DNA from: Prasinococcaceae sp. CCMP 1430
Taxonomy: Eukaryota; Plantae; Prasinodermophyta
Assembly (NCBI GenBank): GCA_013416795.1
Contig: RQSC01000032.1
Span: 781,397 to 845,396 of the forward strand
DNA: 64,000 nt
Direction: 5' to 3'
The stretch's first letter is position 1. Each line of letters begins with the position of its first letter. This document shows, piece after piece, positions 21,854 through 31,759 of the stretch. Position numbers and translations under genes: made by a program. Below the pieces are notes generated by a model. The model was not told the origin of the DNA, made no database searches, and saw nothing but the letters and a program-made list of their open reading frames with translations.

Positions 21854-23338
21854 ATGGATTTCAGCGGGCTGGGGCCCGCCGGCGGGATCCCCGTCGGTGG
21901 CCCTGCGGGCGGTGTGCCCGTGGGCGGCCCCGCGGGCGGCGTGCCTGTCGGCGGCAGCGGCCCCGCGGGTGGCGTTCCAGTCGGCGGAGGGGAGTTGCTC
22001 GGGCCGCTGGACCCGTTTGCCACGCTCCCGTTGCACCCGAGCGGGACCGAGGCCGGGCAGGTGATCGTCACGCCTGGGATGGGCATGGTGCCCGTCGGTG
22101 CGACCGGCTCGCATGCCGCGCCGGTGCCAGCGGCGCGCGGCGGCATGGTGCCCACGCCCAATTTGGCGGGCACTCCAACCATGGTGCCCACCCCGAGATC
22201 GGGGGGGAGCGCCTCGAAAGCGTCCGGCGGTGAGAGGAAGCGCAAGGCACCCGCAAAGAAGCGCGCCTCGCCCGCAGAGAAGTCAGATCGCCCGGCGAGG
22301 CCGCCGCCTAAGAAGCCGCGCAAGACTGCCGCGGAGAAGAAGAGCGCGGCCGCCGCCAAGGCGGCTGCAGCAGCCGCGGCCAATGGCGGCAGCGGCGGCG
22401 CAGCGGCGACGCCCGCTTCCAACGGCGCACAGGCGGGCGCGCAGGCCACTGCCGCAGCCGGCGGCGGCAAGACACCCGCGCCATCGCGCGCAAAGTCCAA
22501 GAGCGGTGCTTCCAAGCCACGCAACTCCAAGGAGAAAACGCCAAAGGACAAGGCCCCCGCCAAGTCCAAGAGCGGCGCCAAGACGCCAAAGGGAAAGGCG
22601 ACGGCGAAAGCAAACGCTGCCGCGGCCGCTGCAGCGGCAACCACGGCCGCCAACGCTGCCGCAGTGGCTGCAGCCGCTTCGAAAGGATCCGCCGCCAGGG
22701 CGGCTGCGCCTGCCGGGGCCGCGTCTGCTGGCCATGTTCCGCCCGCAGCTGGTCGCAAGGAGAGCGCGGCCGCCGCTGCAAAAAAGCTCAAGACGGCCGC
22801 GCCGAAGGTGCAGCCTCCGAAACAGCTGAGCCATGCCGAGCTCGCCGCCAACCACCGCGCAGCCCTGGAGATGCTTCCTGCGCGCGGCGCGGTCGAGCCA
22901 CCGCTGGGCGTCGAGTGGGGCGCATCGACGGCAGGGCCGCGGCGAGCGCTCTTGCCGCAACACTCGAATGCGCGCGGTGGGCTGGGACTCTTTGGAGCGC
23001 TGCTCGACGACAACGCACTGCGCCTCTACATGCAGCTACTGGGCGCCGCCAGCGGCGTGACGCGCGTCACGTCAGACTCGGCAGCGCTCATGGGGAAGGC
23101 TGTGAGGGCATACATATCCAGGCTCGTTGCGAGCGGCATCGCGGCAGCGAGCGCGATGCCAGCGGATGGGGCCGGCAGCAGCGGCAGGAGTGCGGGAGGT
23201 GGAGGGAGGACAGCGGCGCAGCAGGCAGACGGACAGGAGCGCACGCTGCGCATCAGGGACCTGATCCATGCGGTGAGGCTCGACAGAACGCTCGACAGCG
23301 AGACGATAATGGAGCGCCTCTACAGCCAACTGCAATGA
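21854..23338 (+). CDS. Lys/Ala-rich nuclear protein with C-terminal TAF4/Ada1-like histone fold
   Basis: N-terminal GGPAGGVPV repeats; basic middle; LLDDNALRLYMQLLGAASGVTRVTSDSAALMGKAVRAYISRLV and TLRIRDLIHAVRLD resemble the TAF4 C-terminus. TGTAA at about 23356. Confidence 0.5.
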   Translation: MDFSGLGPAGGIPVGGPAGGVPVGGPAGGVPVGGSGPAGGVPVGGGELLGPLDPFATLPLHPSGTEAGQVIVTPGMGMVPVGATGSHAAPVPAARGGMVPTPNLAGTPTMVPTPRSGGSASKASGGERKRKAPAKKRASPAEKSDRPARPPPKKPRKTAAEKKSAAAAKAAAAAAANGGSGGAAATPASNGAQAGAQATAAAGGGKTPAPSRAKSKSGASKPRNSKEKTPKDKAPAKSKSGAKTPKGKATAKANAAAAAAAATTAANAAAVAAAASKGSAARAAAPAGAASAGHVPPAAGRKESAAAAAKKLKTAAPKVQPPKQLSHAELAANHRAALEMLPARGAVEPPLGVEWGASTAGPRRALLPQHSNARGGLGLFGALLDDNALRLYMQLLGAASGVTRVTSDSAALMGKAVRAYISRLVASGIAAASAMPADGAGSSGRSAGGGGRTAAQQADGQERTLRIRDLIHAVRLDRTLDSETIMERLYSQLQ

Positions 23339-23451
23339 CGGCCTGCGCGCGACTGTGTAATGATGGGCGTATGTGTCACGGATCCAGCGTTCGCGCTGCC
23401 TGTTGTGGATGCGCAAGTCAAACATTCATATTCTACAACAGTGGGTGCCGC

Positions 23452-24894
23452 TCAGACAGAGGGCACGCGCATCTTTCCCTTGCGCAGCCGTGCTACGTCC
23501 CTGGGGTACACCCAATATAAGAGCCCGTAGAAGCTGAAACACAGGATCCACGGCACCATGCACGCGAGCACGACTGCGTCGCCCAGCGCCCGAGCGTTGT
23601 CGGCCGAGCCTGCGGGTGCGCCCCTGCGCCAGCCGCGCGCCTCGGCCAGCGCGCCCACCCCGACCGAGCTGAAGCTACTAATCAGCCCTTCAAAGCAGCG
23701 GTCGAAGGCGAAAATGGAACAATATCTCTCCGGAGGGACGACGGCGCTCATCATCGAGTTGTTGGTATTGCCGCACCAAGAGCAGCAAAGCGCTGTGAGC
23801 AGCGCGACGCACGCATACGCGGTCACCAGGGGCAATCGGTCGGACGAGGGATGCTCCAGCGGCATACCCAGGCCGCGGAAAATGAGGTACGCACCAGGCA
23901 TACCGAGGAGGACGCTCGTCTGCGCCGTCGCCGTGCGCCCGCCACTTGGCCAGCGAATGTGCCAGAAGTCGCCGACGTACCCACCGATCATGCCCCCAAA
24001 CGCGTTGCCAGCCAGCCACGCGCCCATAATGAAGCCCGCCTCGCCATCAGAGAACCCCGCCGTTTGCAGGTACATCGTCATGAAGAGCAGCGCCTTCCAC
24101 GGGATGCTGCCAACCGCGCCCTGCGCGCACACGACCTGCAGCGTTTGTACTCGCACGACAGCGCTGACGTCATGCACCGTGTTCCTGGAGAGCTTCACCA
24201 GCCAGCGCAGGGTGCCTGCCCACGTTGCATCCTTGTCAGGGAAGACTGTCCCACTCCCGGCCATCCCAGTCGCATTCGCACCGAGCCTCGTGTATCGCAC
24301 ATCGACCGTCTTCGCCAGCGCAATGCCCGCGACGACGCTCGCGCCTCCAACGAGCACGAACGCGACTCGCCAGCCCTCGGCACGCGCGCTGAGCGGCCAC
24401 ATCGGCACGCTCGCGGTGCTCAGCGGCGCCATTACTGCGGCCGCAACGGCGGTGCCACCGTACGAGATGATGTGGAGCCAGCCGAAGCCGCGGCCGCGGC
24501 GCTCATCTGCGAACGAGTCTGCAAGGACCGACTGCGTGGCAGGTATCGCGGCGGCCAGGGCGGCGCCCGTTACGGCACGCAGCACCAGGACGGCGCCAAG
24601 GGTGGGCGAGAGCGCCACGAGAAGGCTGAGCACGCCCCACACGACGCAGGCGCCGCCGACGACTGCGCATCGGTCGCTGCGGTCTGCCACCGCGCCCGCG
24701 GGCAGGCTGGCGAGCGCCTGCAGCGCAGCGCGCGCCGAGGTCAGCAGGCCCAGTTGCGCGGGCGTCGCCCCGAACGACCTGCCGACCGCGGCGTAGCACG
24801 CCGGGAGGAGCGCCTCGTCCGCCCTCTCCAGGAAGGCCACCGCGTAGAAGAGAGCGAGACGCTGCGCCCCGCCGCCGCCGAGCGCGCCCGACAT
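23452..24894 (-). CDS. Major facilitator superfamily transporter (Spinster-like)
   Basis: AFLERADEALLPA, GAVADRSDR motif A, QSVLADSFADERRGRGFG, about 12 TM segments. ATG at 24894. Confidence 0.88.
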   Translation of the reverse strand: MSGALGGGGAQRLALFYAVAFLERADEALLPACYAAVGRSFGATPAQLGLLTSARAALQALASLPAGAVADRSDRCAVVGGACVVWGVLSLLVALSPTLGAVLVLRAVTGAALAAAIPATQSVLADSFADERRGRGFGWLHIISYGGTAVAAAVMAPLSTASVPMWPLSARAEGWRVAFVLVGGASVVAGIALAKTVDVRYTRLGANATGMAGSGTVFPDKDATWAGTLRWLVKLSRNTVHDVSAVVRVQTLQVVCAQGAVGSIPWKALLFMTMYLQTAGFSDGEAGFIMGAWLAGNAFGGMIGGYVGDFWHIRWPSGGRTATAQTSVLLGMPGAYLIFRGLGMPLEHPSSDRLPLVTAYACVALLTALCCSWCGNTNNSMMSAVVPPERYCSIFAFDRCFEGLISSFSSVGVGALAEARGWRRGAPAGSADNARALGDAVVLACMVPWILCFSFYGLLYWVYPRDVARLRKGKMRVPSV

Positions 24895-25244
24895 CGCGGC
24901 GCGCCGCGTGGCTCCGCCCACCCAGCGCCCTCTCTGGCGCGCCATGTGGCGAGCGCCGCCCGGGGGAAGCGGGGGGGGAGAGCGTCCGCGCCCGCGCCGC
25001 GGCCCCACTTCGCGCGAGAAAGGAAAAGGCGCGCGCGTCAGAATTAGGGTCGATACCATTAGAGGGTCTACGCTGCACCTTTTTTTGTGCCGTCCGGGGC
25101 GATCACGCGCTGCTCGAGGCATTCTTGACATCGGCTCAATGCGGCTGACAATATCTTCTGCGCCGCGTGGTGTGGGCGTGGCCGTGCACGTTCAGTTGAG
25201 TGCTCGCTGTTCAGCCCACGTGGCCGCGGCGCGCAGCCAAAGAG

Positions 25245-25777
25245 ATGGCCGCAAGGGAGCTCCCGCTGCGAGCGCTCCGGGGCTGGCTCGGTCCTGACAC
25301 GTCAGCGCGGGCGCGAAGGGGCGCGCGGCGCGCCCCTTGGGTGGCGGGCGCAGCCGGGGGCGCACGCACCGCCGCGCGAAGCGCAACGGCGGCGGCCCGC
25401 GCCGGGCGGCCGTCACGGCGCGAGCCGTGCCGAAGAGCGCCGAGGCCGTCGCTGCGAGGCTGCACAAGCTCCTGTACGATGACATCGCCCGGATGGACGC
25501 CGCGGCGGAGCGCGCGCGCATTCGCGCGGCCGCTCGCGCAAGCGGCCCGCCTTCTCCCTACCAACGGGGAAGGCGTCCAAGCAGCAACCTGCCAATCCAA
25601 GGGCAGGTACGCGTGTGTCCCATTGACGATGTTCAGCGATTAGATGACCTCCGTTGCCGCAAGGACGCGTGTGCTGACCAGCGCGCTGTTACCCTCACCC
25701 CCGCGTGCTTGCAGGACAACGGAGTGGACTGGAGGAAGATGGACGGCATGCAGGCGCAGAAGCAGTATGACGTGCGT
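25245..25777 (+). CDS. Possible small plastid-targeted hypothetical protein (spliced; apparent frameshift; 3' end unresolved)
   Basis: Transit-like MAARELPLRALRGW...; in another frame ARLHKLLYDDIARMD...; GTACGC..GCTGAC..GCAG intron joins to DNGVDWRKMDG. Confidence 0.3.
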
Positions 25778-26226
25778 GCCGCGCGGCCGCGCGTGAGTCC
25801 TGTATGGGTGCGCGCGCTCATCTTCGCTCGCTACTAAGATCTGACGGCCTCTGTCTATCCCGCCTGGCCGCGCAAACGTCGTGCAAACGCATCCACACTT
25901 TCTCAGTGGTAAGCTTCCCCATCGCCGGCACTGTGATCTGCGCAGCAAAGCACACAGCGCGGGTGACGGTGCGGTGAACAACGAGCACGCCGCTTGTGAG
26001 CCGTCTCAGTCGCCTCCACACGCAGCACCGCGCTCCTCCCGCGATACAGTGCGTGTACACACATGCTCTTAATGATATGCATTGGAGAGAGTCGTCCCGA
26101 ACTAGGCCATGTCACGGGGCGCGCCGCTTCAACATCGCAACAACTTGTTCGGACAGACCCACCAGCGCGTGCTGTACGTCTTTTCGGGATGGCATAGCGT
26201 GTGTGGGGGCTATACATGCACACACA

Positions 26227-28052
26227 CTACTCCTCGGCTATTGTGCCCGAAGAAGAAGAAGACGCATTCCTGGAGGCCGCTCGCAGGTCGAAAGCATCCC
26301 ACGCCGCCTCTCGCCGGGCACTGTTACTGTGCTTCGCGGGGTGTGGCAGGCCTGCGCCTGCGCGCATCGTCCACGGCATGGCGGCGGCGACAGCCTCGGC
26401 GCGTGCGGGCGGCAGGACCTCGCCTTTTGGGCGCACCCTCAGCTCCCACTGACCGAGCCACGGCATGATGCACCCGTCACGCCCCTTCGGCGCGCAAGCG
26501 ACGAAGCCAAACGACGAGCGAAAGAGGAGCGCCGCCATGCGGGCCTCCAACATCGCCCGGAGTGTGGCCCGCTCATCGACGCACACCGGAGGCCTGATGG
26601 TGAGGCGAACGGCAGCACCCCCATCGGGATGCGTCAGTCGCTGCTCGCGCATGCCGTCGGCGTAGGCGGCCTGGATGCGCTCCAGGTATGCGTCGAGAAA
26701 GCTCGGGCACTTGTACTGTGCGAGGCGCGTCTGCGCCGCCGCCGCCTCGGCAGTCCTCTTCGAGCTGTGGTACGTGCACAGCACCGGCACGACTTCCTTC
26801 ACAGGCGGGCCATCGTGACCCGCCGCGTGGGTCGCGGCGAAGCGCGCCCCCAGGAAGTCCGCGTACTCCAGGCTCTCAAGGTGTGCAAAAGCCTGTGACT
26901 CGAATGGCACGTCTGAGCAGCGGAAGTGCACTACGGCCGCGTGAGCCCAGTCGACGTCCGCCAGCACGTCCGGGAAGGGCGCGCAGCCCACATATGCGGC
27001 CACGTACGCGCCGAGGGGAGTGACGGTGCGCGACCAGAAATCGGCGTAAGCGGTGACAGCCGCAGGCAGATCGGCACCCTCCGCCTCCGGGCCGCCCTGT
27101 CCATCGTGACGATGGCCACTGCTGCTGCCGCCGCTGAGAGGGTCGCGCCAAAACTGAAGCTGGAACACACTCGTGTCGCGGTACTCGCGAGAATACGCGT
27201 CGGCAGGTGCTGCGCGCGCCTCGTCGTAACCCATCTCGTCTGTGGGGCGTGCACTACCACCCGGGGATGCAACGAAGCCGAATGCGCCGCTGAGAGGAGG
27301 CTGCTTGAGAAGACCGTCCATTGCCAGTGTGCCTTCGCCTCCCAGGGCGCGGACGAGGGCCTCGTGCGCAGCCGAGGTGTTGATGGCGCCTTTGGAGGGC
27401 TTTGCGGCCTCGAGGACCGCACGTTCTCCTTCTCCGAGCAATGCGGTAGTGTCACCATCACGGTAATAGAACGGGAGTACTCCACGGCCTGCGCGCCGCG
27501 TCGCCATGTTGCCGAAGCGCTCGACCAACGGTGGGCTGCGAAAGGGGCATGCATTGGTCAACGCGCGCCGTGCGTCAGCGCAAAAGGGTCGATAGTCAGG
27601 GCGCTTCCTGTTGCGCGCACAGGGAGCGAGCGGCGCATTGTCCGGCTGCGTGCGCGGCGACAGCTCATGGGGGACGCCGCCGCTTCGTTCGCTCGAGCAC
27701 ACGGCGCTGCTGCTCGTCGCCTCTGTCGCTCGCTCGCTCCTACGCACCACCATCGCTGCGCCGTCGCGCCGCCCGCGTACGACACGTCTGCCTCGCTCCG
27801 CCCCACCGCGTGATCAAAGCGCGAGCGGTTGCCCTCGTAAGCGCCTGCCCACACGAGCTTCATCGGCCTTCTCTGCTCCTTGTACCCAGCATGCCGTGGA
27901 TGTACTCGCCACAGCCTGGCCAACAGGCGCTTGGTGTCCGGGCTCGCCGCCGCTCCCTGCAACGCGCGCGGCGTCGCGCCCGAGCCTGCTGCCGCCGCTG
28001 CCGCCAGCTCCATCATCATCAGCAGCAGCAGCGCCGCCGTTCGCGGCGCCAT
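26227..28052 (-). CDS. Secreted/type II membrane protein with HFRCSD motif (GT11/GT23 fucosyltransferase-like), 2 exons (28052-27781, 27535-26227)
   Basis: Hydrophobic N-terminus MAPRTAALLLLMMMELAAAA; phase-2 GTACGC..GCTGAC..GCAG intron restores the frame; AVVHFRCSDVPF resembles the HxRxxD GDP-fucose-binding motif. Confidence 0.55.
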
Positions 28053-28887
28053 CCCGTGTGCCTGCGCGCGCATGCGCACGCGTGCGCCCTGTGGCGGGGG
28101 CTGTTCACGCGACGCGCCTGCACGAACCCGCCACCCATCGAGACGCTTCAAATTTTGCACACTTTTCTGGGAAGCCATCGTTGCGTCCAAAAATCGAACG
28201 CCGATGACGCCCGACTGTGGCACCCTGTGCAGAGATTTAGATTTGCACCCGTCGCGCGACACGTTTCGGAAGCAGCTCGCATGCGATGTGAAACCCAATG
28301 CGGCTGTGCTGTGCGCCGCCCCGCCGCTGGCAGCGCGGCGCTGGAGCAGGGGGGCTGGCAGCGGCGCCACAGAGCGCGCGGGGCGCCGCGCGCGCGCGGA
28401 GGGGAAGGGGGAGGGAGGGGTGTCCTGGGTCTGCCGGTCGACGGAGAGGCTTCGTCCTTCTCCGCTTTCCTACCGCGCGCCGTCCCAGCGGCGCGCGGGG
28501 GAGGCACGCTCGCGCCGCGGAGGTGATGCGGAGGCTGCGCACTGCGGCGGCGGAGCAGGAGGGCGGGCGTGGGTGTGTGGGGGGTCGGCGGGCGAGGGAG
28601 GGAGGGCGGCGCCGCGGCAGCGCGCCGGGAGCGCCCGCGGGGGACGAGCGCGGAGTGCGCGCGCGCGGTACGGACTTTTTTGCGCGTGGGCCAGGGTGCT
28701 GTGCGCAGGCGAGCGCACACTCGCGTCGTGCGCGCACTGCGGGAGAGACCCACCTCCACCATGGGGTTGCGTGGAATGACCGCGGCGGAGCGCGAGACAG
28801 GCGTCCTAGAGGTGCGCGCGCGGTCGCGGCGGCGCGCGGGGCGGCCACACGTGCGTGCCACCGGCACGCGGAAACGCCATCGAGCGC

Positions 28888-30287
28888 ATGGCCGCGATGA
28901 CGTTCACGACGACGGTAGTGCTGCCTTCCGCGCGGACGGTCCGGGCGGTGGCGCCGTACTACCGCACGACAGGGCGACGAAGGCGCTCGTGCTTTACTCG
29001 AAGCCCACTACCGTGCGTGAACACGCCACGCGCACAAGCACTATCAATCTCCTCGGGCCTCTTGCTGTCCCACGCTCACAGAACACGCGCTGACCCGCGC
29101 CACTCGCTCGCCGCGCCGGCCCGTGCGCCCCACGTGCTATCGACCGCAAAGGCTATCTATCGTCGACAGAGCGTCGTTGTGCAACCGCTGGACGGTCAGT
29201 ACTGGCTAAACATCCTGAGGACGAAGGCGCACAGCGAAGGCGATGGTGACGAATTGTCGGCAGCGCCGGGCGACCGGCGACCGGACGCCCAAGTGCTGTC
29301 CGACGAGGGCGACATGCGCCGCGTTACTGTGTACGCGGACGCAGCGAGCACGGGTGCGAGCAGCTTTGCGGCAGTGCGCTTTGACTTACACGAGCTCACC
29401 GAGCAGGAGGCGGGCCTCGGGCACGCGGTGTGGCCCGCCAGCGTCTGTGGCGCGAGCTGGCTGGCGCGTATGGGCGTGGCCACGGGCAAGAGCACGAACG
29501 GCACCCCGACTGCCCCTGCACTGGCTCTCAGGGGAGACATTCTAGAGCTAGGTTCAGGGGTCGGCGTCTTCGGAATTGCCGCCGGGGCAGCCGCATCCGC
29601 GCTTTGGCGTGCCGAGGCGAGCGCTTCGCCCGCGGGCAAGGACGGGCCACAGCCGCCTACGCTGACACTGTCTGACCTGAGTTCGGTGCTCGTTGAGAAT
29701 CTCGAGCGCAACCTCCAGGCGAATGCCGCGCTGTTGGACGGGCTGGCCGAGACGCGCGCTATCAAGGTGAGCCGCCAACGCGCGCGCATCGTTAACGCGC
29801 AAGACAGCGGCAGCGCGCGCTTCGTGTTGGAATGGCGAGGGTGAGTGTGCCTACGAGCTGACGGACGCATCAACGCCGCTTGCAGCTGAATTGGGACAGT
29901 GCATACCAAAGCAACTTCGTGCCTGAGCGGCGATACGACACGATCGTGGCCGCCGATGTCGTGTACAACCCGGGCAACGCACGCACGATGGCAGCATGTG
30001 CGATGGCACACCTGAAGGAGGGGGGGCGGCTGCTACTGGTGGTGCCGGCGAACCGCCGCGGCCTCGCAGAGGCCTTCAATGAGCTGCGCGAGCGCGGGGG
30101 CGTGAGCGTCCGTGTGCACGCGGCGCTCGCGCATCGCCCCGCAGAGGGCCTCGACGCGCACACGGGTACGAGCAGCAGCTCGCCATGGATCGCCGCAGCC
30201 CGCACCACAAGCGTGCACGGCATGGAGCTCGTCGTTGTCACAAAGTCATGCGAGCGTGGGCTGCCACCACCTGAGTCGACCGTATAG
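28888..30287 (+). CDS. Seven-beta-strand protein methyltransferase (Methyltransf_16; METTL21/EEF2KMT-like), spliced
   Basis: GLGHAVWPAS, ILELGSGVG (motif I), LTLSD (post-I), YDTIVAADVVY (motif II). Intron 29767-29885. Start approximate. Confidence 0.85.
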
Positions 30288-30573
30288 CGCTCACAACGAG
30301 TGCAGCGCACTCAGCCGCTTCGAGGCATCTATATTGTGATCATCGCGGCGACCTATATTGTATTGGGTCGTGACAGCTCTGCGCGCAAACCTACAGTACG
30401 TAAGCAAGTGGTCGAGAACTGTACCTCTGTCTCGGTCCTCCGTGTGCGTGCGGCAGGTGATGCACGACGCCCCTTGTATGTTACAATACTCTATAGACAA
30501 TAAGCTTGTTAGCTGCTGCTCTTCTTCTCATGGCCCTCTCTTCCACCCGCCTCCCTCCTCGCGCGCGGGCCCG

Positions 30574-30662
30574 CATCGCTGTGTCGAGTGCGCGAGCTCA
30601 GGCAGCGACCCCTCACAAAGTTGTGAGTTTGGGCCGTGCCATCATGATCGTCACGTGCGATG
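30574..30662 (-). promoter_or_regulatory. Type II SECIS element in the 3' UTR of the DsbA/FrnE selenoprotein
   Basis: Minus strand: AUGAU core (30645-30641); helix GGCACGGCCC/GGGUCGCUGCC (10 bp, 1 bulge); unpaired AAA; mini-stem CUCACA-ACUU-UGUGAG; 3' UGAG (30600-30597); lower helix GUGACGA/UCGCGCAC. Lies between the stop (30806) and TGTAA (30485-30481). Confidence 0.85.
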
Positions 30663-30805
30663 ACAGCCATTGGCGAGGATTCTGAAGGGGTGAGCCTGGA
30701 CAAGCAACGGCAGCAGCAGCTGGCGCCTCCACTGCGGTCTCAGAAAGCAGCAAGAGTGCGCTTTCGCGCATGCGTCGCGTAGCCTCAACGCGGCGCCTGT
30801 GGCTC

Positions 30806-31759
30806 CTAGATAGAAGGCGCCACGTCAGCCTCTGCTCCCTGTCCCGCCCCATTCGCCGCACGAAGCTCCGCGTCGACCATGGCCAAAAGAAGACGGTAGA
30901 ATTGCTCGTTCGATCCACTGCCTTGGTGCATCACCGCCCCTTCCGAGCCGTCTCCCCACGGTCCACCATTGGTGTATTTCGCAGGCCCGTCGTGGTTGAA
31001 TACAAAGTAGGGGATCGAGTGTATGTGGTGCACATGTATGGTCTCCCCGTACGATTTCCACACCTCGTCTGCCAGTTCGTCAGTATCGAGCCAAGCGTCG
31101 AGCGCGCCAACGTCCAGCCCAGCCTCCTCGGCGGCTTCGAGGATCGTGGAGCGCTCGCTGGCGGACTTCCGCTCCGTGAAGTGGCGCTTGCTCAGCGCAC
31201 TCATGAACTCCTCCTGCTTGCCCTGGCGCGCGGCCCACAAAAGCGTGCGCTGGCTCTCCACTGGCTGCCACTGGGTGTACACATCGTAGTTCAGCGTCGT
31301 CCCTGCCTGCTCAGCAAGCGAGCGCATCTGCGACTCGATTGCGTCGCGAGCGCGCGGGTCGCCGCCGACGTACGTCAAAAGGCTCTCGTGCCACGTGCCG
31401 GGTTTCAGCCGCACCTCGGCGCCCGGCGGCGCGTCGGCGATGAAGCTGTACGGCCGTCGGCGCACGTCGATGGACAGGTACACATCGGGGCACTCCTCAG
31501 CCAGCCGCTCGAGGGCGTGCTGGATGTTGAGCTTCCCGATGTATCCGTGTGGTCACTGTGTGCATGTCACAAAATCGCCGACCAGCCGCACCTCCGTGGC
31601 GCCGCTGTTTGTGGTCGGGGGCGTGCGCGAGCCCGGTAAGAGGTTGCGCACGCGCTGGGTGGCCTGTGGGACGCCTCCACCGGCGGCGGCGGCGCACGCG
31701 GCGTCGCCGGCGCCGTCGGCGGCGGAGTTCGCCGCGACGTGGGGCACGGTCGTGGTCAT
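30806..31759 (-). CDS. FrnE/DsbA-like thioredoxin-fold selenoprotein (in-frame TGA at 31555-31553 read as Sec); 5' end uncertain
   Basis: EVRLVGDFVTCTQ-TGA-PHGYIGKLNIQHALE aligns to FrnE SDVVC-PWCYIGK; RPYSF and cis-Pro SIPYFVF downstream; the two ORF-track ORFs are in the same frame; SECIS downstream. Confidence 0.85.

Noticed and set aside
25780-26226. Additional exons or ORFs between the small plus-strand gene and the GT-like gene
   Set aside because: No coding bias or motif; treated as overlapping 3' UTRs.
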